This document shows positions 46,901 through 59,286 of a stretch of 64,000 nucleotides of DNA, in pieces. The notes under the pieces are model-generated. The model searched no databases and had not been told where the DNA came from. It was given only the letters and a program-made list of their open reading frames with translations. Every line of letters starts with the position of its first letter. Position 1 is the stretch's first letter. The translations under genes and the position numbers were made by a program. Source of the DNA: Lingula anatina (Eukaryota > Animalia > Brachiopoda); assembly GCA_051362555.1 (NCBI GenBank), contig CM120648.1, positions 4,336,587 through 4,400,586 on the forward strand, read 5' to 3'.

Positions 46901-49900
46901 ATAATCAGAAACCAAACACGTCCACCTGCATACAGTTAGACAAACAAAAAAAGTCGACACGTTAAAAGGATAACAACTGTTCATTTTGGCCAAAAAATGA
47001 ATTTTTCTGGGGTAAACGACAATTTTCCCGTACTTACCAATAGTTAATGAATCCATTTCTACATTCAAAATTAGTCCCTGGTTTTTTTCTAAATAGTTTG
47101 TTTTCCAGTAATAATCTCTTAAGAGTATAGCCATCAATGGAGGTCATGTGGTACAATGACAAGCAAAGATTTCAGAATAATTGCTTTAACTGCCATTTTT
47201 GTGGTGAAATAGAAATAAATTATATTTCTATGAGTTATTTACAATGTATTTATTGTGAAATATAGATCTCATACAAAGAGTTGTTATCCCTTTAAGCAAT
47301 AAGTTAAGCAAACTAAAAGTCAACATGGGTCAGCCAAGGTCATCCTGAGGTCATCCTGAGGTCACCCAAAGGTCATTTTATACCTTGTACCATCTCACAG
47401 TTCTCCCAGAGCTGTTTGCGTATGTCAGAGTTACAGCGTGCCTGCAGGTTCTGGCAGACATTGGCCTCTATGTACTTGTGAAGCTCCTTTATGTAACAAG
47501 TGGCTCTCATGGTATATAACGTCAATTCACAATGTCAACCAATTCAAGTGATTTTATAGTCAAAATTAAGTCAACTAAAGGTTTTTATAATTATAATAAT
47601 GGTAAAAAGTAAACCATTTATAGAGGCTTGTTCTTTACTAGGTAAATACTTGTTTGCTCTCTTTAGAAATGATCAACTTTTCACAACTGTCATTTGGATA
47701 AATTATTTTACTTTTTAAAATTTTTTGTACACACGGCTCACCTTTTTATATACAGCTAACAGATTTTGGTCTGGGTGGAAAGGTCGGTCAAACTCATCTA
47801 CCAGACTGGAGAGACGGCGGATCTCTTCGTTCAGGGCTTTTGCAACCTAGACAGCATGAAGAAATCATCAGTTTTATCAAATCATCAGTTTTACATTACA
47901 TTAAATACAACATTTACAGACATATTGATAACAGAAAAGTTACCTTCCCCCTCCAAATTTAATTAAATAATTTACTAGTAGTTGAAAAAAATGTCAATTG
48001 CAGAAATTCAATCACAAGGATTCTGAAACTAATTTGAATGTCTTTTATTTTACATCCAATGCTTATTTTCAAACAGACTACTTTCACATGACAAATACAT
48101 GCTTATATTTTTACCATTTATTTTTTTAATAGCCTGATAAGAAACAAGACTAATACCTATCACAAACAAATTTAATACAGAAAATCAAACCCACTTTATT
48201 TTCCACATCCTCCACCATGAGCTTGATCTGGTCTTTTATTTCACTGGACAACTTGTCCAGCTGCGTAGACACAAACTGTAACCTACTGCTTGTCTCGCCT
48301 CGCTGCGTTATACTGCGATTTCTGGAAGTTTACACAGCAAACACACTGTTTGAGAACTGTTAGGCAACAGTCAGATAAATGGTTAATAACTAAAGCGTTC
48401 AATGGTTCAAAAGATACAAACGGATTACTATTTTTAAAAAACCCTCCCCAGTCTTAACTTTTTTTTTCACAAACTCAAGATATATCAGTTAAAGACTTCA
48501 CAACCCAAAATAATGCATCTCTATGACAATGGGAGAGAAAGCCAACTTATCATTATAGTGAACTGAGCTAACCTGGTTAACTCTCAAACTTTGCTTGTAC
48601 TAAAAGTCAACTTATCATTACAATGTATTATAAATCTATTACACATTATTATGTTTAAGATTTGCCTACTTACTTTGCTTGAAGCGATTGCTCGTGTACA
48701 GCCTCCATGATGGTCCTGAGCTGACTGGACAGGGTCTTTCCTCTCTGGGCGTGCTGCTCAAACTTGGTCTTCACTGCAGACTTACACAGGCATTCCTAGA
48801 GTGGAAAATCTAGCGAGTTAGCACTGGTGAAATACTAGAGGATCAGAGAGGGGATACTGCCTTCGGGTTTTGTACCACCAGCTAGAGTAAGTGCATTCAT
48901 ATGAAAAATGAAACAAAAAAGGGAAACCACCTCCAATGTTGTGCTTGACAAGCTCTACAAAGTGCAAATGGATACGAGATTCCAACGCCACACAAGGTGC
49001 CACGCTTTGTATGTCACAGGAGAGCGAGTTTGTATCAATAGCTGTGATTTTTGACAAATAAAATGAGACTTAATTACAACAAAATGAATGCTTTTGTTAT
49101 TCTTCTTATTTATATTTTATTTTGTTGCACAATCAAACTGTTTTCAATTTCAAGAAACATAAATCATTTCTACAATATTGAACCTCACTGTGCAAGCTTG
49201 TCAAACCCCCTTTTTTCACCTCATTTTTTTTCTCCCAACCCCCTTACCTACCTCAAATGTTCTCTCAAAGTTAGCAAATTCAAACAGCCTAGCCTGGTAC
49301 CCTTCCTGTAGGACTGCATCTTAAAATATAACAAATCAACTGAACGACAAAAAATAAATATTCCAAAAATCTAGTAAACAAACTGTTGCTGAAATGAATA
49401 AGAAATATCTAACATCATTACACACTTTGAAATATGTCAAATATTATTTGTCAAGAATACAGTAACCAAGCTTGAAATGATTAATTATCTTTTATTCTAG
49501 GACCAATTTGACTGCAGACAGGGCAGCTCACACCTTTCCATTAGTTGTAACCTGTGCCAGTCTGGCGTGACAGAGAGTCCCATCACAGAGAGTCCAGTTC
49601 CCAAAAATTTGCACAGGTAAGCCTCGCCCTAAAATTTGAGCCACTTACATCAGGCTAACCTTAACCTCTATAATTAAGTAGATGTACTATCTGTTACATG
49701 GACCCCAAGCTTCGCCACATCTTTATTACAATGTTCACATGAACCTCAGTGGTGTTGGTACTCACGTGGGCTAGGGGTGCCAGGCTGTCCCTGTGACCTG
49801 GATGTTAAAGCTTCCCTGGCAGATATGAAGAACACCCTGTTCTCGGCCTCCTGTCTGTTCACCACCTTCAGCTCATCCACCAGGAAGGCTATGTTCCTGT

Positions 49901-52687
49901 CTAAATGCTGCTTACGGACCTGTGGGGATACAGAGAAGGAATATACTAATATCATATACACAGGCTAGAGGAGAAAAAATAGCACAGGCCAGAGGACATG
50001 TTATAAACACAGATAACAGGACATACATATCATATATTAAATACTCTTTCTTGCTCTTGTTTAATAAACATCTTAAGCTTATCTGTCAAGAAACAAATGT
50101 AGAAGCTTTCACACATCTAAGGTTGCTGTAGATGATTTCATAAGCCCCCCCCCCCCCACCCCCCCTTTCTCTCTCTCTCTCTAAAACACCACCCCCCTCT
50201 CTCACCTCCTCCATCATCTCGGGCTCACTGGCGGAGGCATCCCATCTGTTGTTCAGGATAAAGATGTTGGGCTTGGATAGTTTATCACTCACTCTCAGAA
50301 AGAAATTCTTCTCCTGTAAGGAAAAATAAAGAAGTGATTAGTAATACAAAGAATGTACATCAAGTTGTTATCTAATTGAGTGAATTTAAGGCTACAAATT
50401 TATGCTGAAAGCTATCAAATGAAGAATTAAATTTGATATAAACTGAAGATTCTCTGTTGCACTTATGTTTATCATAAATTTTAAGTGTCAATGCGAAAAA
50501 TGCATCCGCATCATTTATCTAGAAGTAGATTAAGAATCAAAATCACTACTCACAGTTTGCATCAAAGTGGACTCGGCATTGGCAACTAGTACAAAGACAT
50601 CAGCATCCAGACAGAATTTATCTATCCAGGCATCTGTGTCTCCCGAAACATCTACACCAGGGCTGAAATAGACATTCATGACCAGGGTTAAAATTTTTCC
50701 TGAGACATAAACCATGGCACTAAAATAGACTCATATTTTATGACCACCCTTAAATATCGCCATGAGTGAAAACGACAATAATACAGGCTTGAAAATTGAC
50801 TTTCAAATTTGATGCAAAGCCTCAAAATGGAGATCAAACAAAGCCTCCTCAAACATCTACGCCAGGGCTGAAATAGACATTCATGACCAGGCTTAAAATT
50901 TTTCCCAAGACATAAACCATGTCACTAAAACAGACTTCTGTTTTAGGACCAGGCTTTAATATTGCCACGAGTGAAAAAGACATTAATACAACCAGGCTTG
51001 AAAAAATTGTCAAATTTGAAGCAAAGCCTTAAAATGGAGATCAAAAAGTATATAAATCATGCAGAGATACACCCACTGGCAAGTCTTTAGCGAGAATTTG
51101 GAAACAGGCTGCCCATAATAACCTCAATGTTGGTTAAACGACCAAGTATTGTAAAAAGCCCTCCAGCAGTTTTACGCTGAAACACTCCATCCATATTAGG
51201 ACTAGTGGACTCCCTGGCTAAATTCTTGGATACATCATAGGGGCTTTCATTTGTGGAAATCTTGTTATTTGTCACCCACCTGTCCACCAGCACCACATCA
51301 TCTCTGAGCAAGACACACTTCTCCTTGGGCCACTTGATTTTGATCAAGGCACTGCTGTCTAGCTTCACTCCACTCAGGGCATGGGCCAGCTCACGGACAG
51401 ACTGAAATATTAAGTTACAGAGGATTTTGATCAAGGCACTGCTGTCTAGCTTCACTCCACTATACTGATCAGGGCATGAGCTATGGCTGGTTTGATTGAA
51501 GTAGAATGCAGCAAGATTAATCCATTTCTCATTTCAAATTCACTAGATTTATATACAACACATTAAGGCTGCAACGGGGACAGCACTTTTTTTTTCTACA
51601 TGGAATTTATACTATATATTTACAATCAAATTAATTTAATTTTAAATTGGGTCCCAATGTGTCAAAAAAATCAATTTTCATTTTTTTTTTTCAGACTAAC
51701 TTACATGTATACTTTTCTGTTCATCTGAGTCCTCTGTGAGCAGGTATCCTTCATGTGTGTCTGAACCCTCCACCTGTACAAAGCAGTTTGTGGTGTGTCC
51801 TATACCACTGGGTAGCAGCTTGGTCTTCAACATGGCATTGATCACTGTGCTTTTACCATTTGAGGTCCTGCAGTCAATAATGATAAATAATTAATATCTA
51901 GAGAATATACAGTTAATAACCTAGTCCTGAGGATTCCTCTGTAACCTATAGGACCTCATGAGAAAATCTGAAACAATCAGCGATGAACTGGAACTCCTGA
52001 ACGACTAAAAAAATACATTGAGTTAGTATACAGTTTAAACTGCTACCACAATACAACTTTAAATCACATGAGGATGATTACCACATAACGTTCACAGTAA
52101 ACTCAACACATCTTAAGTTATAGTATTTAATTTGTCCCATCCAAACAATAAAATTTTAAAACAAGTGCCCCTTAGAATTCTGGTCTAATGCAATAAAACA
52201 TACTGTACCTTCCAAAAAAGACCACCTTCATATGGTCCCTGGACAGGACCTCTCCAATACCAGCCACTTTCCCCTTGAAGGCTTTCACTTCTTCTAGCTG
52301 TTCACGGGTAACAATGTTGTCTCCTTCTGGTATGCCTGATGTATTATACATAATAATATAATATCATATACAAATCCATTATTTCATAATGAGGAGAGAG
52401 AGAGAGAGAGAGCTAGAGAGAGAGAGATAGCATTACAAAAAAAAAAGTACAACACAAAATGAATGACTAGGCAACCCTATTTGCTTATTTCACTTACCAG
52501 TAAGAAAAGCATCAGATTCGCTGATATAGCTTGTAATAGTCTTGAAGATCTCATTGACTTTGTTCTTGGCATGTCCAAATATTTTGAGAGGGGAGGCGGT
52601 GTGACCATGGCCATTGCCTAGTTGGCGTGGAGGTGTGTGGGGAGATTTCGACATTGGGTAGCGAGAGTGGTCAACAATGCCGGACAT
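43970..52687 (-). CDS. MFN2: Mitofusin (Marf/MFN), 755 aa. Exons 52687-52498, 52335-52209, 51867-51705, 51401-51280, 50662-50554, 50313-50206, 49919-49766, 49319-49252, 48795-48674, 48321-48195, 47846-47742, [47486-47384 or 46760-46658], 46056-45836, 45353-45207, 45001-44805, 44448-44314, 44039-43970
   Basis: P-loop [41 protein letters not shown] region, [19 protein letters not shown]; in phase when exactly one 103-nt exon is used; single invertebrate mitofusin, co-orthologous to MFN1 and MFN2. Confidence 0.95.
44445..44700. repeat. ~50-bp [13 protein letters not shown] (5 units) built from the mitofusin 3' splice site
   Basis: Repeated ctccctggaaataacacag...aatattgaaact units; first unit overlaps the true acceptor at 44449-44450. 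Confidence 0.85.
46658..46760 (-). other. Mitofusin alternative exon B (103 nt, [34 protein letters not shown])
   Basis: ttcgtag acceptor, GTTTGT donor, phase 0 to 1; the form closer to the vertebrate MFN2 segment as I recall it (ELHRHIEEGLGRN...RC). Confidence 0.85.
46962..47295. mobile_element. TTAA-flanked MITE (Kolobok/piggyBac-like), same family as 57375-57719
   Basis: ttaaaaggataacaact / agttgttatccctttaa termini; internal similarity to 57375-57719. Confidence 0.8.
47384..47486 (-). other. Mitofusin alternative exon A (103 nt, [34 protein letters not shown])
   Basis: cataaag acceptor, GTATAA donor, open frame, same length and phase as exon B, shares ELH..E....NLQA.C. Confidence 0.75.
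50646..51046. repeat. ~200-bp tandem duplication covering a mitofusin acceptor site and 17 exonic nt
   Basis: aaacatctac(a/g)ccagggctgaaatagacattcatgaccagg... at 50646 and 50851. Confidence 0.85.
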
Positions 52688-53405
52688 GGTAGATCAAAAA
52701 CACTAGGAGAAGAAAGTATGAAATATTATGACCACATCATTTAAAGTTTTCATCATTTGAACACCACCTTGCAATTTACAGATTTATACTAAGTTTTACT
52801 AAAAATGTGCATTGTCAAGGATATTGCTACAGTATGCAATACAGCGCAACTCAGCACAATATATTAGAAAAAATTAGTCCAGTCCCAAGCATAATAGGGT
52901 AAGTAATATTGTTGATGGAACTTCACAACTCTGCACAACTTGTTTGTCGTCAGGTTGAGGTGACAGGTAAAATAGAAGTTTGAGAGCTCCAACATTGTGG
53001 CTGCTTGGGCTAATGGTCTTCATAACACGTTTTCTGAGGCTTTTGCTTTCATGCGTCAGCAAAGCGTATATATCAATATCGTCCACAGGAGTGTTAACAA
53101 ATAAATGTCGTGATATGTCAATATTCTAAATGCTACAGAGAAGTATACAAATTTGAAGTGGCTCTCATCCATGGAATATAAATTAATGTTCTGCGTATAT
53201 GGTTAAGGTGGCACAACAACGAAAAACTGAATATTCTCCACTTACTATCGAAAGCAGAAAACAAAGAAATTTCACATACAAATGCACAGTGTCTGACTCA
53301 ACCTACGCACGTTCTCCCATTTAAATTAAAGAGCTCTACGCCGATTATGAGCCAGTTGACGACCAAATTGAAGGAAAACTCAGCCAAAAATAGATGTGCG
53401 TGTAC

Positions 53406-53767
53406 CTTTTTTGAGTAAAATCCTTTCTCGAGTACTGTTTGTCTTCGGAATTAAAAACTGTCGTGTTTTTAAAAGGTTTACGTAAGGTCGTCAGCTTCCG
53501 AAGGACTCCATGCTTTTTCTCATTTCCGAGATTGCGCGAGATGCAACTAAAAAGAAAGATTCAGAAAAGTGAGAATTCAAGGTCATTGGTAATATATAAA
53601 CTAGAATTAATGGATAAATATATTTACATTACAAATATCTGATCGTCACAAATTATACCATTTATCATTTTTTAAAGTATGGATTATGGATGAATCTAGA
53701 TTTTTAAAATACCGTTTGTTCCGCATCGATCCCCAATTTGTATGTATTCCTTGCGCCAAATTTCAAC
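53406..53767. promoter_or_regulatory. Putative bidirectional promoter of mitofusin (non-coding exon 1, donor at ~53405) and CENP-S
   Basis: Divergent genes; CpG-richer stretch; TTTGGCGC (E2F consensus) on the minus strand at 53753-53760. Confidence 0.6.
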
Positions 53768-55902
53768 ATGTCAGACGATGAGGACTATGAAAAATTGGCG
53801 CATCAACAGGTATAAGGGCATATTTATCCCAAATATTTATCCTTACTTGCAATTATTTATTAAATAGCATAACATTCCCGTTTTAGTAGTTTGGTATCTG
53901 CTGCCTTCTCCATAAAAAGGCTTAGAATCCCCCCCCACCCCAACTCGTACGTCTCTGTGATATTTACAAATATTACAAGTAGTAATGCTTTAATGCCTTT
54001 GATGAATTAAATTCAGTACGTATAGTAACGATTGTGCCCGAAATAATATTAATTGCTTGGAAGTTGAAACAATACATAGAACAGGCATGCCTTAAAACTT
54101 GGCAACTGTAAAGTCTAGTCTGTCAGTGTCAAGGAATACTGTGACATTGCCGTACACGTTTTCTACTGAAGACAGCAGTTCACTTAATTACAGGAGAGGT
54201 ACAAAATCCCACATGTCATTTTTAAATGTTACTGTAGTTAACTCAGACATTAGAAAGGGTGGGTGGCCGGGCTTGGAAAAAACCTCCCTGAAGGCCAGAA
54301 AAGGTCTGCTCTGAAGTAAGTTTATCTAGTGCAGAAGTTCTGTACCATTTATCAAGTTGGGTCAACTAAGAGGGTACGACAAAAGGTCCACATTTTCAGA
54401 AAGAGAACCCATGTTTTGACATTTGTGCCTTCAGACCAATACATGAGTAGATCTACTGGTAACCTTGCTTCTCTCATCATAAGGGCAAATCCAGAGATAT
54501 TTTCTGACAGTCTTGCAAGTTACCTTTGTTGATCCATCCAGCATTTTTGTTCATCTTCCAACAGAAAAAAAAAATAGATGCCTGTCAATCAACTTGAAAA
54601 AATTCTGACCAGAAGACCCAGAAGATGCCTTCCATCTGCCATTGCATTACGTAAGTGCTTTTTTTTTACATTTCAGAAACTGAAGGCTGCCGTCCACTAC
54701 ACTACAGGACAGATATGTGAGGAGTTTGCCGAGGAGGAAGAGGTCACTTATAGCAGACAGTTCATAGCGGCCGTCACTGAGGCTGCATACAAACAAATAC
54801 AGTCATATGGCAGGGATTTGGAGCTGTTTGCTAGGTATGCAAAGAGAGAATCTAACATTATTTCAGGGATGAGACTGCCATTTAGTGAAAAAAGGCTGAA
54901 AATATGGATTTGGGTCCAGGGGCCCTTCTTCATGGATCTCAAAAATGATATTTTGGAGAGGGTGGTCCAAAATGTTGGATATCCACCAATAATATTAAAA
55001 AAAAAACTCATTACTGTTATTTGCAATCTAAGATTTTGGTTGTTTGTGTGATGTACACATGTTCACAGAGTGATTTTTTTTCCAAGTTAAACTGCCAGCT
55101 TTAGTTTCTAAGATGTTTCTGTTAGTTTAAAATAAGCTTTGGTAACCAGTTTTAGATATAATTTCAAATTTTAAATATTAACTAGTACTTTGTTTCATAT
55201 CCATTTAGCTCAGATTGATTTGTTTTTCGAAATTCCTGAATGACCATTTATATTATTTATTATATATAATGACTACAGAATGCTTGTGCTCCATTGTTGT
55301 TATGTGATGTATATTTAATATTAACAGGCATGCCAAGAGGATGACCATTCAACCTGATGATGTGAAGTTACTTGTGAGGAAAACCCCACAACTGGTAGGT
55401 ACACATAAATCCACATTTCAGTGTTTTAAACCAGCATACAAAATATTAGATTATCTTATTATTGTTGTAGTTGTTTATATCTTCTAGAACCTACATATAG
55501 TTGAAAATCGAGATAAATGTGATGTGTTTATGGAGGATTGCCTTTAAAATTTACTTTTGAAAAAAAAAATCTGTACAAAACTCTGAAGAAATAGGCAAGC
55601 AGCACCGTATTGCACTTATAGTGATATTTACAGGTAGAATTATAAAATAATCTCAACAAGAACAATCATTGGTACATTTCACCCAAATTCTGGCTAGCTT
55701 TAATATTTTAAAACCATTATCATCCCTTCAGCATGAATACATCAGTCAGTTGTGTAAGGATGATGAAGAGGACAATGGACAGAAGAAAAAACGGGGAAAG
55801 TCAACCAATAAAGGAGGCAAGAAAAAAACAAGTTCAACATTGACTGACACTACAAATATAGGAGAAGACTCCAGTGAGTCACGTCTGTTCCAGGACAGTT
55901 GA
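53768..55902 (+). CDS. CENPS: Centromere protein S / MHF1 (histone-fold), 145 aa. Exons 53768-53809, 54677-54834, 55328-55394, 55732-55902
   Basis: QKLKAAVHYTTGQICEE...SRQFIAAVTE...DLELFARHAKRMTIQPDDVKLLVRK, followed by a basic tail. Confidence 0.93.
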
Positions 55903-57374
55903 CATGGTATTGAGGAGAGGTTTATGGTAAAAGTTTTGCTACATGTCACAGTTATAGGATAATGATCCTCAGAGAAGGGTGTGTTGGATCAGGCAAAAAA
56001 ACTTACACTATAGGCTTGACTTAAATTTTGTGTCACTATTTTTATGTTTTCTGTAATTGGTGATGTGTTGTTTCGAAAGTAGTGTTATAAAAAGCACATA
56101 ACAAAAAGCAATTATGTTAGTCAATCAAAGGCATTCTGAACTAAACCTCTTTTTGAACATCATAGTTGAAACAACAGCTACATCTGTCAGAAGGATTTAA
56201 TGTCTTTATTGAGATCTTGTTAATATTTAATCAGACCTCTTTTGTGTTTCCATATATTGAAGAAATCATTGTTTCAGTTAGATCATCCATACGTTATGTA
56301 AAAAGAATCAGCAGTATGTACCAGGTACATAGATAAACTTTCAAGGTCTTTTTTTCATAAACAGTTGACTGTACACGTAAAACAATTGAATGCTTAAGTC
56401 ATGATTAAAATATATTTATATAAAATTCACAAAAAAATCTGTTGCTTCTTGATATGCGAAAAATTTAACCTTAACCAAAATAATACACTGAGTAAAAATG
56501 TTTTGTTAAAATAAACCACTGTTTACTTGTTCAAGTAAAATACACATTTCAAATACATGAAACCCATTGCTTTTGTTTGTTGCTTCAACAACATTCTACA
56601 AATTGCACAATGTATATTGCTACATGTACTTATCCAGTAATAACAGGCACTTAAGTCTTATATATATTTTATACACCGAGCAAAAATATAAATGCCTCAT
56701 GCAATACCTGAAGCATTTTATCAGCATTTTACCATTATGTGTTTTATATGCATTAAATCATACAAAGTAAATTTTGTTCAAAGTGCTACAGATTACTGTC
56801 TGTAGCCCATTACATGTCGTTATTTACATGGGGAATTTATATTTTTGCTCAGTGTATGATATGCTTTTGGCACAATCAAGGGATTCTTTGGTGTTTCATC
56901 ATTAAGTAGTAAAAAGAATCTATATAATGATATAAAAGTCTATAAGGAGTTCTAATTTTGGCACAATATCTCAAATCTACAATATCACTAATTTGAAATA
57001 TAGAGAATGAACTTTAAATTTGTGTAAAATTGTTTGAATTGATGCATTCTGTGTTATATTTAATGTAATACATGTACCAGTTGATTAACATTTCTAAAAA
57101 AAAAAAAAAAAAAAACTTCTGTTTACTGGTGGTCTGGAAATATCCTTTTAATTTGTTTTGTATGCTTCTGTTAGGCATAATGGGTGATGTGACCTGACAT
57201 CTTCAACACCTCTACATGTATAACAAAAGTACACTGATCTGAAAACAGTCTTTGTATACCAAGTCCTACCTTGGACTAAGACCCAAGTCCCTGGAGTATT
57301 TAAAAAGATGCCAAAGTACTTCTCAAGCACTTCAGACCATCAGTAAGCAATTTTCCCTAGCAAATAACCTGAGC

Positions 57375-57719
57375 TTAAAGCAATAATAACTCTTCGTTTC
57401 GGTCAAAAAATGAATTTTCCTGGAGTAAACAACAATTTTCCCATACTTACCAATTGTTAATGAATCCATTTTTACATTCAAAGTTAGTCCCTGGTTTTTT
57501 TCTAAAAAGTTTGGTTTTTTGTTAAAATCTCTTAAGAGATTTTAACAGAGTATAGACATCAATGGAGGTCACGTGGTCTAAAGACAAGTTCAGATATCAG
57601 AATAAAAGCTATAACTGATGTTTTTGTGGTAAAACAGAATATATTATATTTCTATGAGTTATTCACAAGGTTTTTATTGTGAAATATAGATCTCATACGA
57701 AGAGTTATTATCCCTTTAA
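57375..57719. mobile_element. TTAA-flanked MITE (Kolobok/piggyBac-like)
   Basis: ttaaagcaataataactcttcgt / acgaagagttattatccctttaa termini. Confidence 0.8.
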
Positions 57720-58149
57720 GACCTTTATTTTTTTAAACAAAATTTTAACTCTAAAAAACTGAAGAATATAAGTCTTTTATATAAACCTAGTATGACATTC
57801 CTGAGGCTCACATAAAGAAAGCAGGCTTAATTTCAGTCTATTTCCCAGCTGTACCACATGGGGACTTCATATAAGATCTAAAATATTTAGACTCTTTGAC
57901 TGCCTTTGATCGGTTCATCTGATAACTTTTCAAAACATGTTTTTGGAAGGAGTTCACTCTATTGTCTTGTTTTTATCATTATACATAATTAAATTTGTTC
58001 GTTTCGTTTCGCATGGCCAAACAGCCTGCATCCTCACATTCTCAATTTCTCCATTTTTCTAACCATTCCATACATACTCTTCACATTTATTTCACAATGG
58101 TAGTGATCCCATAAATCAAGGAAACAATCCTGCACAAGTGGGTGTATTC

Positions 58150-59230
58150 CTAAGCCTTAATGTCCCTTTCCCTCAATTCGTTGATGGGTTTTCCGCTGAC
58201 CCTTGACTCAAACAACAAGCACATGTCGTGGGCCGTCTGCCCCTTGGTCTCTGGGAGCTTGATGTAGGTGAAGAGCCAGAACAGAGCCAGCAGTCCCGTG
58301 AATGGCAGGAAAGAGTAGTCCTGTAGGTTTTTCTGAAATGTACAGTGAATTTGGTTTTGAACCAAGTTGAAGCTTTTTTGGATGTAATTCACAGCGGTTT
58401 ACAGCAGTTCCATCAGTTGTTACAGTAAATTCCCCAAAAGAAATCAATCAAGATGGGTGTACATGTACCTGTGATCAGACAAGTCTAGAAAACGTGGGAT
58501 TCTAGGTTGGACAAAAGCAAACTTAATTTCCTTACTAGTACCTTGTTCAAATTATTTTTTTAAAAATCCAGAAGATTAAAAGGAAAGGGAGGGGGGCACC
58601 CATTTCCCTAGCACCCAGATGTATTTACCTTTGCCTGTATGGTTGCATGGGTAAAACAGTCCCACCATAAAGTTAGCTGCCCAGTTCCATGTGCCAGTAC
58701 TTACCTGTATGGTTTGGTACAGCAGTTCTTACTATTAAGTTAGATGCCCAGTTCCATGTACTTACCTGCATGGTTGGGTACAACAGTCCCACCATAAAGT
58801 TAGCTGCCCAGTTCCATGTACTAGTACTTACCTGTATGGTTGGGTACAACAGTCCCACCATAAAGTTAAGTGCCCAGTTCCATGTACTTACCTGCATGAT
58901 TGGGTACAACAGTCCCACCATAAAGTTAGCTGCCCAGTTGCAGGGAGTCGCTAAACTGGAGGCAGCTGAGCGAGCATTCTGGGCAAACAGTTCAACGGTT
59001 AAAAACCACGGAATAGAACCTATAAAGAGCATCATCTTTTTTATATATTAAAATATTAAAATAATATTATAATCGTATCAAATAAATCACAATATGGAGC
59101 TTTTGTTTTATTAATTTATATGAAGCTGTTACAAAAATATCACTTTTATAATTACATATTTTAGAACTTACATTTAAGTTAAGAAACCATTACTAAATCT
59201 CTGAAATAAAATTTTCGAATTGATCTTTTT

Positions 59231-59286
<56 letters not shown>

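Noticed and set aside
49649-49667. 19-nt microexon candidate in a mitofusin intron
   Set aside because: Frameshifting alone and only 20 nt from the next candidate acceptor, too short an intron to splice; likely chance
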